DNA of 64,000 nucleotides from Polyangiaceae bacterium (GTDB lineage Bacteria; Myxococcota_A; Polyangia; Polyangiales; Polyangiaceae): NCBI GenBank assembly GCA_965222375.1, contig CBDCTZ010000011.1, positions 96,001 to 160,000 of the forward strand, read 5' to 3'. Shown piece by piece: positions 1 to 9,110 of this stretch (position 1 is its first letter; each line of letters starts with the position of its first letter). The notes under the pieces were generated by a model. It saw only the letters and a program-made list of their open reading frames with translations, ran no database searches and was not told where the DNA came from. The position numbers and the translations under genes were made by a program.

Positions 1-445
1 AGTCCTACTTCGCCGCTCGCTGACCAAGCGCCTCGGTGGTTTCATGTCCTACACGCTCTCGCGCAGCACGCGTGCGTCGGGGCGGCTAGAAGGCCCGTCT
101 AGCTTCGATCGCAGGCACGTCTTCAACATCGCCATGGCCTACGACTTGGGGCGCGCTTGGCGCGTGGGTTGGCGCGGTGTGGTCTACAGCGGCATTCCTG
201 CCGAGGTGGCTTACGCTCGGGCTGCTCGCAATCCGCCTCGCTCAGCTCCGTTCTATCGCTTGGATTGGCGGCTGGAAAAGCGCTGGCGGTTGGGCAAGAC
301 CGGCTTCTGGGCCTTGGTGTTCGAAGTTCTCAACACGACACTGAATAGGGAAACCCTCGAGATCAGTTGCTACGCCTACGGCTGTGAAACCGAGACCATT
401 GGCCCCGTGACGATCCCCAGCATCGGGCTGGAGGCGAGCTTCTAG
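1..445 (+). CDS. TonB-dependent receptor, C-terminal part (5' truncated by window)
   Basis: Beta-barrel-like strands (SYTLSRS, FDRRHVFN, RLDWRLEKRW, EVLNTT) and terminal aromatic residue (GLEASF). Confidence 0.75.
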   Translation, partial: VLLRRSLTKRLGGFMSYTLSRSTRASGRLEGPSSFDRRHVFNIAMAYDLGRAWRVGWRGVVYSGIPAEVAYARAARNPPRSAPFYRLDWRLEKRWRLGKTGFWALVFEVLNTTLNRETLEISCYAYGCETETIGPVTIPSIGLEASF

Positions 446-481
446 GGTGGACGCGGCGCTACGGGTGGCGCCGGGTGCTAG

Positions 482-643
482 TACGCCTCCTGCCACTTCG
501 CGCGGCGGGATGCGACGGCCTACAGTCGTTGCCAAGACTGGGTGTTCAAGCAGAACAAGGGGCTGACCAATCTTGGTGGCGTGGGGCTGGTGATGAACTA
601 CTGGCCGGAGAACACCAAAAGCGCCAACGCCATGTGCAACTAG
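482..643 (+). pseudogene. Short coding-like remnant with no upstream start
   Basis: Open frame YASCHF...QDWVFKQNKGLTNLGGVGLVMNYWPENTKSANAMCN* with GC-rich third positions, preceded directly by in-frame TAG (479-481). Confidence 0.35.
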
Positions 644-647
644 CTAG

Positions 648-1358
648 CTAGAACGTGCCGCCTAGTCGGAGGACCGTGCTCGTCGAGCTGGCGGTGCCCG
701 TGGGTTGGAATCGCTCCAGGGCGTCCGTGTAGTCACGAGCGTTGCTGGCGGCGATCAGATCGCCCGTCAAGATCAGAGCGCTCTGGAGCGCAACCCCCGC
801 GCCGATGCCTTGCGCGCGCTCACTGTCGTCGATGAAGCCGTAGGTCGAAACGCCTATGCCCGCGGCGATGCCGACTATCCAGACGATGGTCAGGATGTCG
901 AATTGGTCGTTCACTGCCTTCATGCGCTTCAATTCGTCTTTACGGAAGGCCGCCGGATCTCGCTTCAAATTCGACTTCAAGTCACTGAGTTGACCGGGGG
1001 TCCTGAAGAAGATCACGCCACCCGCGGCCAGCTCGAGCAGCCCAAAGCCGGCCAGGGGATACATCGCGCCCTCGAGCCGCTCGTCGTCCCGCTGGGTGTA
1101 GAGCACGGCGGCGCCACCCAAAGAGGCCACGCCCGCGATCATGCCAGCGAGCCCCAGGGTCTTTTCTTGGGAGAAGTAATCGTCGGTTGCGCGCTCCATA
1201 CCGGCTTGGTCGATGGGCTGCGCGGCTGCCGGTCGCGCCAGGGAAAATGCCAGAGCGAGGCTGACCAGCGCAGCCAGCGTGCGCCGACGCCCGGGGGCCC
1301 GCCTGCGCGGCGAAACATCTTTTTTCGTAGAAAAGGCGGCGGATTGCGACTTCGGCAT
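648..1358 (-). CDS. Hypothetical membrane protein with signal peptide
   Basis: 236-aa ORF; signal-like segment ending PAAAQ, then about four hydrophobic helices. Confidence 0.7.
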   Translation of the reverse strand: MPKSQSAAFSTKKDVSPRRRAPGRRRTLAALVSLALAFSLARPAAAQPIDQAGMERATDDYFSQEKTLGLAGMIAGVASLGGAAVLYTQRDDERLEGAMYPLAGFGLLELAAGGVIFFRTPGQLSDLKSNLKRDPAAFRKDELKRMKAVNDQFDILTIVWIVGIAAGIGVSTYGFIDDSERAQGIGAGVALQSALILTGDLIAASNARDYTDALERFQPTGTASSTSTVLRLGGTF

Positions 1359-1361
1359 GGC

Positions 1362-1381
1362 ATGAATGAATATTCATTCAT
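1362..1381. promoter_or_regulatory. Perfect 20-bp palindrome ATGAATGAATATTCATTCAT, probable TetR-family operator
   Basis: Exact inverted repeat, AT-rich in a GC-rich background, between divergent genes; resembles the TGAATGA..TCATTCA boxes of TetR-family FadR/YsiA. Confidence 0.7.
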
Positions 1382-1468
1382 TTTCTGATGTCAAGCCTAC
1401 GGACGGGATTTTGGGGTTCTGGGTCGCCCGGCTCCGGCCACAACGGGGGTGATAGGTTCGGCGGCGGG

Positions 1469-3004
1469 GTGCTGGTCAAACTCGTCGCGGTCGTCGCATA
1501 TCTGCTGATCCTCGTTGGGATCGGCGCCGCAGCGTCGCGCCGGATGAAGGACGTCAAAGACTACTTCGCCGCGGGCAAGGGACTCGGCTTCTGGGCTGTG
1601 GCCTTCAGCGCCCGCGCAACCGGCGAGAGTGCCTGGCTACTGCTCGGCCTGACCGGGATGGGCGCAGCTGTTGGTGCCAAGGCGCTGTGGGTCGTGCTTG
1701 GCGAAGTCATCGGAGTAGCCACGGCGTGGCTGTTGATGTGTCGCCGCTTCAAGTCCCTGACAGATCGCTACGACTCGATTACGGTACCGGACTACTTCGC
1801 CGATCGCTTCCGCGACCGTTCCCATCGTTTGAGAATCGTAGCCGCAGGGGCGCTCGTGGTGTTCGTGACGATTTACGTTAGCGCGCAGATCGATGCCACG
1901 GGCAAGGCCTTCGAGAGTTTTTTGGGGTGGAACTACTACACGGGAATCGCCGTCGGGTTCGCGGTCGTTTTGGTCTACATCGTGGCAGGTGGCTTCCTCG
2001 CGGTTGCGTGGTCCGATGTATTCCAAGGCTCGTTGATGTTTTTGGGACTCGTGACGTTACCCGTCGTCGGACTCATCGTTCTGGGTGGCCCGGCGGAAAT
2101 GAGCAGTCGACTCACTGCCATCGATCCAGGCCTGCTCACCCTCGCTGGCCCGGGGGATGGCTGGACGCTGCCCACAGTTCTCAGTGTGATTTCCTTGCTG
2201 CTGATCGGCCTGGGCTTCATGGGCTCGCCGCAGATCTTCGTTCGCTTCATCGCCCTCAAGGACAAGCGGGAAATCAGCAAGGGCGCTGGTGTCGCGATAA
2301 GCTTTACGGTGTTGGCTGACCTCGGCGCCGTGCTGATCGGCATGGTCGGCCGCGCCCTGCTCAGCGGGCCCGAGGACAAGCTAGAGAAGGTGCTGGGTCA
2401 GGGCGGGGAAGACGTGCTTCCGCTACTGGTCGGCCGTGTGCTGCCCTTGATCTTGGTGGGGTTGTTCGTGGCCATCGTGCTTTCCGCAATCATGAGCACC
2501 GTCGACTCGCTGCTCGTCCTCGCCGGGAGCGCCTTGGTGCGGGACGTGTACCAAAAGGTGTTGCACCCAGCGATGCCGGACGATCAGCTCGTACCCAAGA
2601 GTCGGGCCGCAACCTTTGCCTTGGCCGCGATCGCTCTCATCGTCGCGGTTTCTGTTGCGCTCGTCACACCGGACAGGACTGTCTTCTGGTTCGTGATCTT
2701 CGGTTGGTCGGGCATCAGCGCCACCTTCTGCCCTACCATGATCCTTTCGCTGTTCTGGCCGCGCCTCACCGCAAACGGTGCCTTGGCCGCAATGCTAGTC
2801 GGCTTCGCGTGCGTACCGTTGTTCAAGTTCGCGGTGCCAATGCTTCCCATGGTCGGTTCATCCTTCAAGACTCTCGGGGAGCTGCCTCCCGCGTTTGTCC
2901 TGTCCGGGGTTGCGGCAGTCGTCGTCAGTCTGATGGACCGCAAAGGGCAGACTCGGGTCGAGGGGGTCGACACAGAGCTGCGCGACAGCGCCAAGGCGCC
3001 ATGA
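1469..3004 (+). CDS. putP: Sodium/proline symporter (SSS family)
   Basis: Multi-TM protein with DYF, FSARATGESAWLLLGLTG, AVAWSDVFQG and SAIMSTVDSLL motifs; likely GTG start at 1469 (ORF open from 1388). Confidence 0.85.
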   Translation: MLVKLVAVVAYLLILVGIGAAASRRMKDVKDYFAAGKGLGFWAVAFSARATGESAWLLLGLTGMGAAVGAKALWVVLGEVIGVATAWLLMCRRFKSLTDRYDSITVPDYFADRFRDRSHRLRIVAAGALVVFVTIYVSAQIDATGKAFESFLGWNYYTGIAVGFAVVLVYIVAGGFLAVAWSDVFQGSLMFLGLVTLPVVGLIVLGGPAEMSSRLTAIDPGLLTLAGPGDGWTLPTVLSVISLLLIGLGFMGSPQIFVRFIALKDKREISKGAGVAISFTVLADLGAVLIGMVGRALLSGPEDKLEKVLGQGGEDVLPLLVGRVLPLILVGLFVAIVLSAIMSTVDSLLVLAGSALVRDVYQKVLHPAMPDDQLVPKSRAATFALAAIALIVAVSVALVTPDRTVFWFVIFGWSGISATFCPTMILSLFWPRLTANGALAAMLVGFACVPLFKFAVPMLPMVGSSFKTLGELPPAFVLSGVAAVVVSLMDRKGQTRVEGVDTELRDSAKAP

Positions 3005-3149
3005 AACGTCGGATCTCGCGCTATCGACGCACTGCTGAAGATTGGTTTTGGGGGTCGGTTCAATGCTGCAGGCAGGGCCGCTTCTCTCGACCTAGGCCAT
3101 CCTGCAGCGAACTTGCGTTACCCTGTCTCGCCCGGAGCAGAGCGAACTA

Positions 3150-3527
3150 GTGCAGAACGACGTCTACTACGCAGATCCGGTGCCCGAAGGGCCACCCCAA
3201 GTTTGGATTTGGTACCTCGTGTATGCCGTCTGCCTGGGTCTGGTCTACGTGGTGATGGTAGTCGGCGGCGTCTGGTTCATGCTTGCCGCGCCAGGTGGGC
3301 CGGGCGCGGACCCGCCGTGGATCGGTGGCATCATGGCCGTGATCTCGTTCCCGCTGGCGTTGCTCTTTCTGGCCGCGCCGTTTCTGCCGAAGAAGAGTTG
3401 GGCCTGGTACTACCACATGGCGCTGATCGCTCTCGGGCTCACGAGCGCCTGCTGCTTGCCGGCCTGCGGCGCCCTGCTCTACTTCTGGATCAAGCCGGAG
3501 ACCAAGGCGTTCTTCGGAGTCAAATAG
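3150..3527 (+). CDS. Small membrane protein
   Basis: 125 aa with 3-4 hydrophobic segments and a typical KPETKAFF ending. Confidence 0.7.
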   Translation: MQNDVYYADPVPEGPPQVWIWYLVYAVCLGLVYVVMVVGGVWFMLAAPGGPGADPPWIGGIMAVISFPLALLFLAAPFLPKKSWAWYYHMALIALGLTSACCLPACGALLYFWIKPETKAFFGVK

Positions 3528-3540
3528 CTCGTCCGGGTCA

Positions 3541-3996
3541 TCACTTCTGGCAGGTCATGCCCGAAGACGCAGCCTTGCAGAACAAGCCTTTGCAGCATTC
3601 GGTGTCGCCACTGCAGGGTTGGTCAGTGCTCTTGCAGCAGTAGTACTTGAAGTCGGATGGATCGAAGGCGCACTCCAGAGGCTTACAGCACTCCAGGAGG
3701 TCGGAGGGTTTGGTGCCACAAAACGCCTTGACGGGTTCGCAGCTACCACCATCCGCGCCGGCGCTTCCTGCTGCTCCGGAGGCACCGCTCGAGCCAGCGC
3801 TCCCGCCGCTGGACGCGCCACCACTGGCCGCTCCGGCCCCAGCAGTGCCACCACTCGAGCTGCCACCACTGGCCGTGCCGCCCCCGCTGCCATCGCCATC
3901 GTCTCCGGCTGCACAGCCCCAGACTGCCCAGCTGCAGAGGCAAACCCCCGACAAAAGCCCAACGGAAACCCAACTTCTACCCGCGCGTCGTGTCAT
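3541..3996 (-). CDS. Lipoprotein with Gly-rich linker and two knottin-like Cys motifs
   Basis: Signal ending AVWGC, Gly/Ser linker, then C-x6-C-x9-CC-x4-C-x10-C and C-x6-C-x5-CC-x4-C-x8-C. Confidence 0.7.
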   Translation of the reverse strand: MTRRAGRSWVSVGLLSGVCLCSWAVWGCAAGDDGDGSGGGTASGGSSSGGTAGAGAASGGASSGGSAGSSGASGAAGSAGADGGSCEPVKAFCGTKPSDLLECCKPLECAFDPSDFKYYCCKSTDQPCSGDTECCKGLFCKAASSGMTCQK

Positions 3997-4084
3997 CTTG
4001 TCGAGCTACCGCACGGCGGTGGGTCCTGTAAAGGGCCCGCCATAGACCGTTTCGCATCGGGCGGAAGCGTTCTACGCTTGGTGT

Positions 4085-4576
4085 ATGGCCAAGCTTGACG
4101 ACAACGAGCGCGACATCGAGTTATGCGTCATCGTGATCGGGGGGGCGAGCGACCGATTTCACGAAGCCCTGCCGTTGAAGGACGATGTGCTGTCCCTGGG
4201 AGAGGCGGCCAAGTGGCGCCCGAGCCTGCGCTTGCACTGTTTTGGGCTCGAGCCCTTTGCGGATGACAAAGAAGCGGCGCACCTCAGGGAGCTCCTGGCC
4301 GACGCGGACGCCTTGGTGCTGACGGACGCCCCAGATGCGGGGCATCACTATTCCTCCAGCACCCTGGAGATGCTCGACCGAGCTCTGCACCTCGGCAAGC
4401 CCGGTCTCCCCGCGGCGGTGTTTGGCAGTCAGGCCATGGCGGACGAGTGGACGACTCTGAGCAACTACAAGCCTCTCTACATTGGCGAGCCGGTGGCAGA
4501 CAACGCCATGCCCGCCATCAAAGCCCTGGTGCGAGCTGTGCTCCGACCGACTTCGCGACCACCACCGGTCGCCTAG
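4085..4576 (+). CDS. Degenerate MglA-like small GTPase-fold protein lacking the P-loop
   Basis: Colinear resemblance to MglA segments (RDIELCVIVIGG, LSLGE...LRLH, LLADADALVL, AIKALVRAVL); no GxxxxGKT. Confidence 0.5.
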   Translation: MAKLDDNERDIELCVIVIGGASDRFHEALPLKDDVLSLGEAAKWRPSLRLHCFGLEPFADDKEAAHLRELLADADALVLTDAPDAGHHYSSSTLEMLDRALHLGKPGLPAAVFGSQAMADEWTTLSNYKPLYIGEPVADNAMPAIKALVRAVLRPTSRPPPVA

Positions 4577-4666
4577 GGCATGGCGCCTGCAGCTGGGCGG
4601 AGTGGGCGAAATGAGCCGCGCCGCTGGTGGCTCGTCTTCGGGTGCAGGCTCGGTTAGGGATGACGC

Positions 4667-6874
4667 ATGCGAATCGTTCTCGTGCTCGACCCGCCGGCAC
4701 AATCCGAAGCGGCAGCGGACTATCTGCGCCAAGCCCTGAGTCGAGGTTCGCCCTCGGTCGTCACGTTGCCGGCAATTGACCCCATGGCTCGCGCTCTGGC
4801 CAACGGCTTCGAAGAGCACGAGCCGGGTGAGGACGGATTCATCGTCCTGGCTCGGGCGGGCACCGGGCGACTGAGCCAAAAGGACTGGGACGATCTGGGG
4901 CTCGCGGAGAAAGCCAGGCGGCTGCAACCCGTGGAAGACCCCGCAGTAGAAGCCGCCATCGCTGAGGGGGCGCAGCACCTCGAAAGTGGGGACCTCGAAC
5001 AGGCCCATCGGTCCTACGCCTTCGCAGACTCCTTGCTCTCTTGGGAGCATGGACCGCGACGCGCTGAGGTGCTGGTTTGCCTCGCGAGCATCGAGGCAGA
5101 GCGAGACAACCCGGAGCAAGCGGCGAGTTTGCTCGATCGCGCTCTGGCGATCTTCCCGGATCACCAGACAGCGTTGAAGCGCCGCATCGAGCTTGCACGA
5201 GGGTCTGCCGATGGAGCGACGGCCGCCGCGCTTCGCCGTCGATTGCTGCGACGAGCCGATACGGACGAAGAGCGCGCGTCGCTGCTGTCGTCCATTGCCG
5301 ACGAATCCCTCCACGCGACAACCGAGTCCCTCGAGCGCGCCTTGGAGCTTCGGCCCAAGGATCCACGTCTGCTCGAGCGCTTGCAGGCGAGCTTGGAAGC
5401 GGCAGGGCGTTGGCGAGAGGCAGTGGACACCAAGGTCGCGCTCACGGAGACCATCGAGAGCCCGAGGGACCGAGCGAGGTCTTTCACTGCCGCCGCGGGC
5501 ATGTGCGCGCGGCGCACCCAGGACGTCGCGCGCGCTGTGGCGCTGTACGAGGCTGCGATAGCCGACGACCCGTCCGCTCCTGGCGCCTTCGAAGCCATCG
5601 AGGCCGTGCTGATCAAGAATGCGGACTACAGCGGCGTGGCGCTCGCCTATGAGCGCCAGCTGGAGCGACTCGCGGGGTGCGGGCAAACTGAGGCCGAGTG
5701 TGGTCTGCTCGACCGGCTTGCCAACGTGCACGTGGAGCACCTGGGCGATGTGCACACGGCCATTCTGACCCTGGATCGACTCGTCAAACTCGACCCCGAA
5801 AATGTCGAGTCCCGGGCGCGATTGGCTGCGCTTCTCGAGCAAACCAACGAGCCCGAGTTGGCGGCGCGCTGTCTGGCGAACTCCGCGACCTGGGGTCCAA
5901 CCCGCGCGGCCACTTTTCGAGAGCTTCATCGCATCACAGCTGGGCTCGGTGACCTGGATCGTAGCTACGCGGCCTGCGCGGTCTTGGTGCACCTGGGGGA
6001 AGCCGACCAATCCGAGCAGGAAGTCTATCGGCGCTTCGCTCCAGAGACGACTCCGCGCCCCCAAGCCGCCATGGAGCCCAGTGGTTGGGCTGAGCTTCAC
6101 GTGTCGGAGCACGACGAGGCGGTGTCTCACCTCGTGCATGCGATTGCGCCTGCTGCCATCGACTTCCGAATGGAGCAATTGCACACTGCCAAATTGCTGC
6201 CGGACCTGAGCCACGCTGAGCGGCATGACGTCGAGAAGACCACGCTGACCGCCGTGCGCACGGTCGCTTGGGCGTGCGCGGTGCTCGGCCTGGACGTGCC
6301 AGCCGTCTACGCGCAGAAGGAGGACCTCCCGGGCGGCATCGTTGCGCTGCCGCTGCCGCAGCCAACGATCTTGCTCGGCAAGTCCTTGCTCAGCGGGCGC
6401 TCGGTCCCGGAGCTGGCCTTCACCATCGCGCGGGCTCTGTCCGCTCAACATCTGACGCAGCGCCTGTTGACGTTCTATCCGAGCCCGCAAGATTTCAAGT
6501 TGCTACTGCTTGCGGCGATCGCTCAGGTCCTACCTTCCAGCTTGCCTTCGAACGCCATCGCATTGCGCGACTTGCTTGCCGCCAAGCTCGGGGCGGAACA
6601 GCGCAAGGAGGTGGAGCAGGCGGTGGAAGCGCTGCAAGCTCGTGATGGCCGCTTCGATCTCACCGCCTGGACCCGCGCCATCGAGATGGCGGCGTGTCGC
6701 GCGGGGCTGCTGGCGTGTGGCGACATTACGGCGGCGGCCCGAATGCTCGCCGTGGATGGCCGTGTCATCGGCGGCTTGTCCGCTGCTGGGCGCATCCGCG
6801 ATCTGATCCCCTTTTCCGTCTCGGAGAAGTACGCTGGCCTGCGTCGCGGGATCGGGATCGGGGTGACGGAGTGA
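4667..6874 (+). CDS. Tetratricopeptide-repeat protein (myxobacterial type)
   Basis: Repeated TPR-like helices (LDRALAIFPDH, LERALELRPKD, YEAAIADDPS, LVKLDPEN) and C-terminal RAGLLACGD domain. Confidence 0.8.
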   Translation: MRIVLVLDPPAQSEAAADYLRQALSRGSPSVVTLPAIDPMARALANGFEEHEPGEDGFIVLARAGTGRLSQKDWDDLGLAEKARRLQPVEDPAVEAAIAEGAQHLESGDLEQAHRSYAFADSLLSWEHGPRRAEVLVCLASIEAERDNPEQAASLLDRALAIFPDHQTALKRRIELARGSADGATAAALRRRLLRRADTDEERASLLSSIADESLHATTESLERALELRPKDPRLLERLQASLEAAGRWREAVDTKVALTETIESPRDRARSFTAAAGMCARRTQDVARAVALYEAAIADDPSAPGAFEAIEAVLIKNADYSGVALAYERQLERLAGCGQTEAECGLLDRLANVHVEHLGDVHTAILTLDRLVKLDPENVESRARLAALLEQTNEPELAARCLANSATWGPTRAATFRELHRITAGLGDLDRSYAACAVLVHLGEADQSEQEVYRRFAPETTPRPQAAMEPSGWAELHVSEHDEAVSHLVHAIAPAAIDFRMEQLHTAKLLPDLSHAERHDVEKTTLTAVRTVAWACAVLGLDVPAVYAQKEDLPGGIVALPLPQPTILLGKSLLSGRSVPELAFTIARALSAQHLTQRLLTFYPSPQDFKLLLLAAIAQVLPSSLPSNAIALRDLLAAKLGAEQRKEVEQAVEALQARDGRFDLTAWTRAIEMAACRAGLLACGDITAAARMLAVDGRVIGGLSAAGRIRDLIPFSVSEKYAGLRRGIGIGVTE

Positions 6875-7533
6875 CGCGGCGCGTGCGCTGCCTCGGACTC
6901 ATTGGTGACGTTCATTGCGAGCACGCGCGACTCGCCGCCAGCCTCGCGTTCTTCCGCCAGCGTGGGGTCGATGGGATTTGCGCCGTGGGCGACATCGTGG
7001 ACGGTTACGGCGATCCCGACCGCTGTGTCGAGTTGCTTGCCGAGCACGACGTGACGGCCGTTGCTGGCAATCACGAGCGCTGGCTTCTGACTGGCGTGAT
7101 GCGGGAGCTCGACGACGCCACCTCCCAGAACGATTTATCGCTCGAGAGTCGCCAGTGGCTGTCCTCCCTCCCGCGCACACGCCACCTTTCAACGGTCCTC
7201 GGCTCTGTCTTGCTGTGCCACGGTCTAGGCGAGGACGACATGAAGGGGGTGCGGCCAGAAGACTATGGATACGCGTTGGAGACGAATGATGCGCTCAGCC
7301 TGCTCATTCAGCGAGGTGAACGTCTCGTGATCAACGGCCACACCCACCGCCGCATGGTGCGCACCATCAGTGGCCTGACGATCATCAACGCTGGTACCCT
7401 GGCCCGAGGTTGGGGGCCTTGCATTGGAGTTCTCGACCTGAACGAGCCCTCGGTTTCTTTCTACGATGTCGACGAAGGAGGCGAGATCAAGGTCGAGTCG
7501 AATCACTCGCTGCCCCGACTCCAGACGGCCTAG
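6871..7533 (+). CDS. Metallophosphoesterase (YfcE-like, calcineurin-like fold)
   Basis: GDVH, GDIVD, GNHE, HG, GHTH and INAG motifs; GTG start overlaps the upstream TGA (GTGA). Confidence 0.85.
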   Translation: MTRRVRCLGLIGDVHCEHARLAASLAFFRQRGVDGICAVGDIVDGYGDPDRCVELLAEHDVTAVAGNHERWLLTGVMRELDDATSQNDLSLESRQWLSSLPRTRHLSTVLGSVLLCHGLGEDDMKGVRPEDYGYALETNDALSLLIQRGERLVINGHTHRRMVRTISGLTIINAGTLARGWGPCIGVLDLNEPSVSFYDVDEGGEIKVESNHSLPRLQTA

Positions 7534-7649
7534 ACGGGAGGGGTTCTGCGCTGCTCGCAAGTCACCTGCGCCTCGCGCCGTGCTGGCACGACCCTCGCAG
7601 GGGTCCCCTCCTGCGCGATGTCGCGCTCTGCCTTTTCCGTCCATTGTCG

Positions 7650-8951
7650 ATGCGAATTCAAAAACTGTGGTCCGCTGCAGCGGACCGGTGGTCTGGTGTG
7701 GCGTACCGCGTCGCCCTGATGGTCGGCCTTGCAAGCCTTGGCGCCTGCTCGCTGTTGGCGCCCTCGGACTCGGAGTTGCTCGGCGGGGAGGGCGGGGATG
7801 ACGCAGGCTACGGCGGGTTGAGTGGCGCTGGCGGGAGTGCAGGCGCACCGGGTGGCACGGGCAGCACGACCACAGGTGGCGTCGGTGGCACCGCTACCGG
7901 AGGGGTTGGCGGTGCGGCGGCGGGCGGAGCGGGCGGCGCGGCAACCGGCGGCTCGGCTGGTGCTTCCAGCGGCGGAGCTGCAGGTGTCGCGGGCGGAAGC
8001 GGGGGCTCGGCTGGAGGCGAGAACTGCACGGATAGTGTGGACAACGACAACGACAATCTCGTCGACTGCTCAGATCCCGACTGTCAGGCAGCCGGCTACA
8101 AATGCATTCCTGAGCTGCCGAGTGGCTGGTCCACGCTTTCGGTTTACGCGACTGGCAGCAAGCCTGCGCCGTGTGGCGGAGACTACTCCAGCACCCAGTT
8201 CGATGGTGGGCAAAGCGTGAGCGCGGCACCCGCTAGCTGTAGCTCTTGCAGCTGCGCACCTGCCAAGGGTCAGGTGTGCAACAAGAGCAACATCCAGATC
8301 AAATACTACTCGTCAGCCACCTCGTGCTCCACGGCCACGAGCTGGTTCTTTCAGGTTTCGCCAGGCTGCAATGAGTTGACGCTGCCGCACAGTGGCGGGG
8401 CCAAACCGCGGAGCGCGCGGTTGACGTTCCTCAGCGCAGCGTCTGGCGGGGGCTGCGCGCCGCAGGGTGGCACCCCAACCCGCCCGGCCGTCACGTGGTC
8501 TGGCGCAGAGCGAGTTTGCCAGGCACCGAAGCTTGGCGCGGGCTGCGGCACCGGCACCGTGTGCGCGCCTCCGCCACCGTCGTCATTCCAAGCCAAATAT
8601 TGCACTGCCAAGCTCGGTTCTCACGCTTGTCCCTCGAGCTACTCCAACAAGCACACCCTCTACACGAGCGTGAATGACACCCGTGGCTGCACGACGTGTT
8701 CTTGTGGCAGTCCCTCCCCGGGGACCTGTACGGGCGTATTCGAAGACCACCTCGGATCTGGCTGTGGTGGGAAGGCGACCAAGTTCACTACAACCTGTAC
8801 GCCAGTTCCGGAGTCGTCCGCATCCGGAAGTGAAGTGCGTTCGGTCAGCGTGAGCGGGATTGTCGGCGGCGGCGGAACATGCCCGCCCTCTTCGACTTCT
8901 CCGTCCGGCTCGGTCACGAAGAGCGGACTGGCCACCGTTTGCTGTCAGTGA
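7650..8951 (+). CDS. Cys-rich lipoprotein with Gly linker and CxDxxDNDxDxxxDC Ca-binding motif
   Basis: Lipobox LASLGAC, Gly/Ala/Thr linker, NCTDSVDNDNDNLVDCSDPDC, Cys-rich C-terminal region; start uncertain. Confidence 0.75.
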   Translation: MRIQKLWSAAADRWSGVAYRVALMVGLASLGACSLLAPSDSELLGGEGGDDAGYGGLSGAGGSAGAPGGTGSTTTGGVGGTATGGVGGAAAGGAGGAATGGSAGASSGGAAGVAGGSGGSAGGENCTDSVDNDNDNLVDCSDPDCQAAGYKCIPELPSGWSTLSVYATGSKPAPCGGDYSSTQFDGGQSVSAAPASCSSCSCAPAKGQVCNKSNIQIKYYSSATSCSTATSWFFQVSPGCNELTLPHSGGAKPRSARLTFLSAASGGGCAPQGGTPTRPAVTWSGAERVCQAPKLGAGCGTGTVCAPPPPSSFQAKYCTAKLGSHACPSSYSNKHTLYTSVNDTRGCTTCSCGSPSPGTCTGVFEDHLGSGCGGKATKFTTTCTPVPESSASGSEVRSVSVSGIVGGGGTCPPSSTSPSGSVTKSGLATVCCQ

Positions 8952-9110
8952 CCCCGCGCTCTGCGCGCTGCCGCAAGCCTAGACTGGAAAGCACTCCTCG
9001 AAGCGCTTGAGTTGTCGGCAATGCGGATGGTTGCTTCGAGGCGAACCCCGCGTCGCTCCTAGGCCGCAACGATGCGCCCGGCTCGCTTGGTGACCGGCTG
9101 CGATACCGCG

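Noticed and set aside
4121..6490. 789-aa antisense ORF and other long shadow ORFs (e.g. 45808-47364 +, 29213-30136 +, 52262-53455 -)
   Set aside because: They are antisense to well-supported genes, which is expected in high-GC DNA, and show no recognisable motifs.
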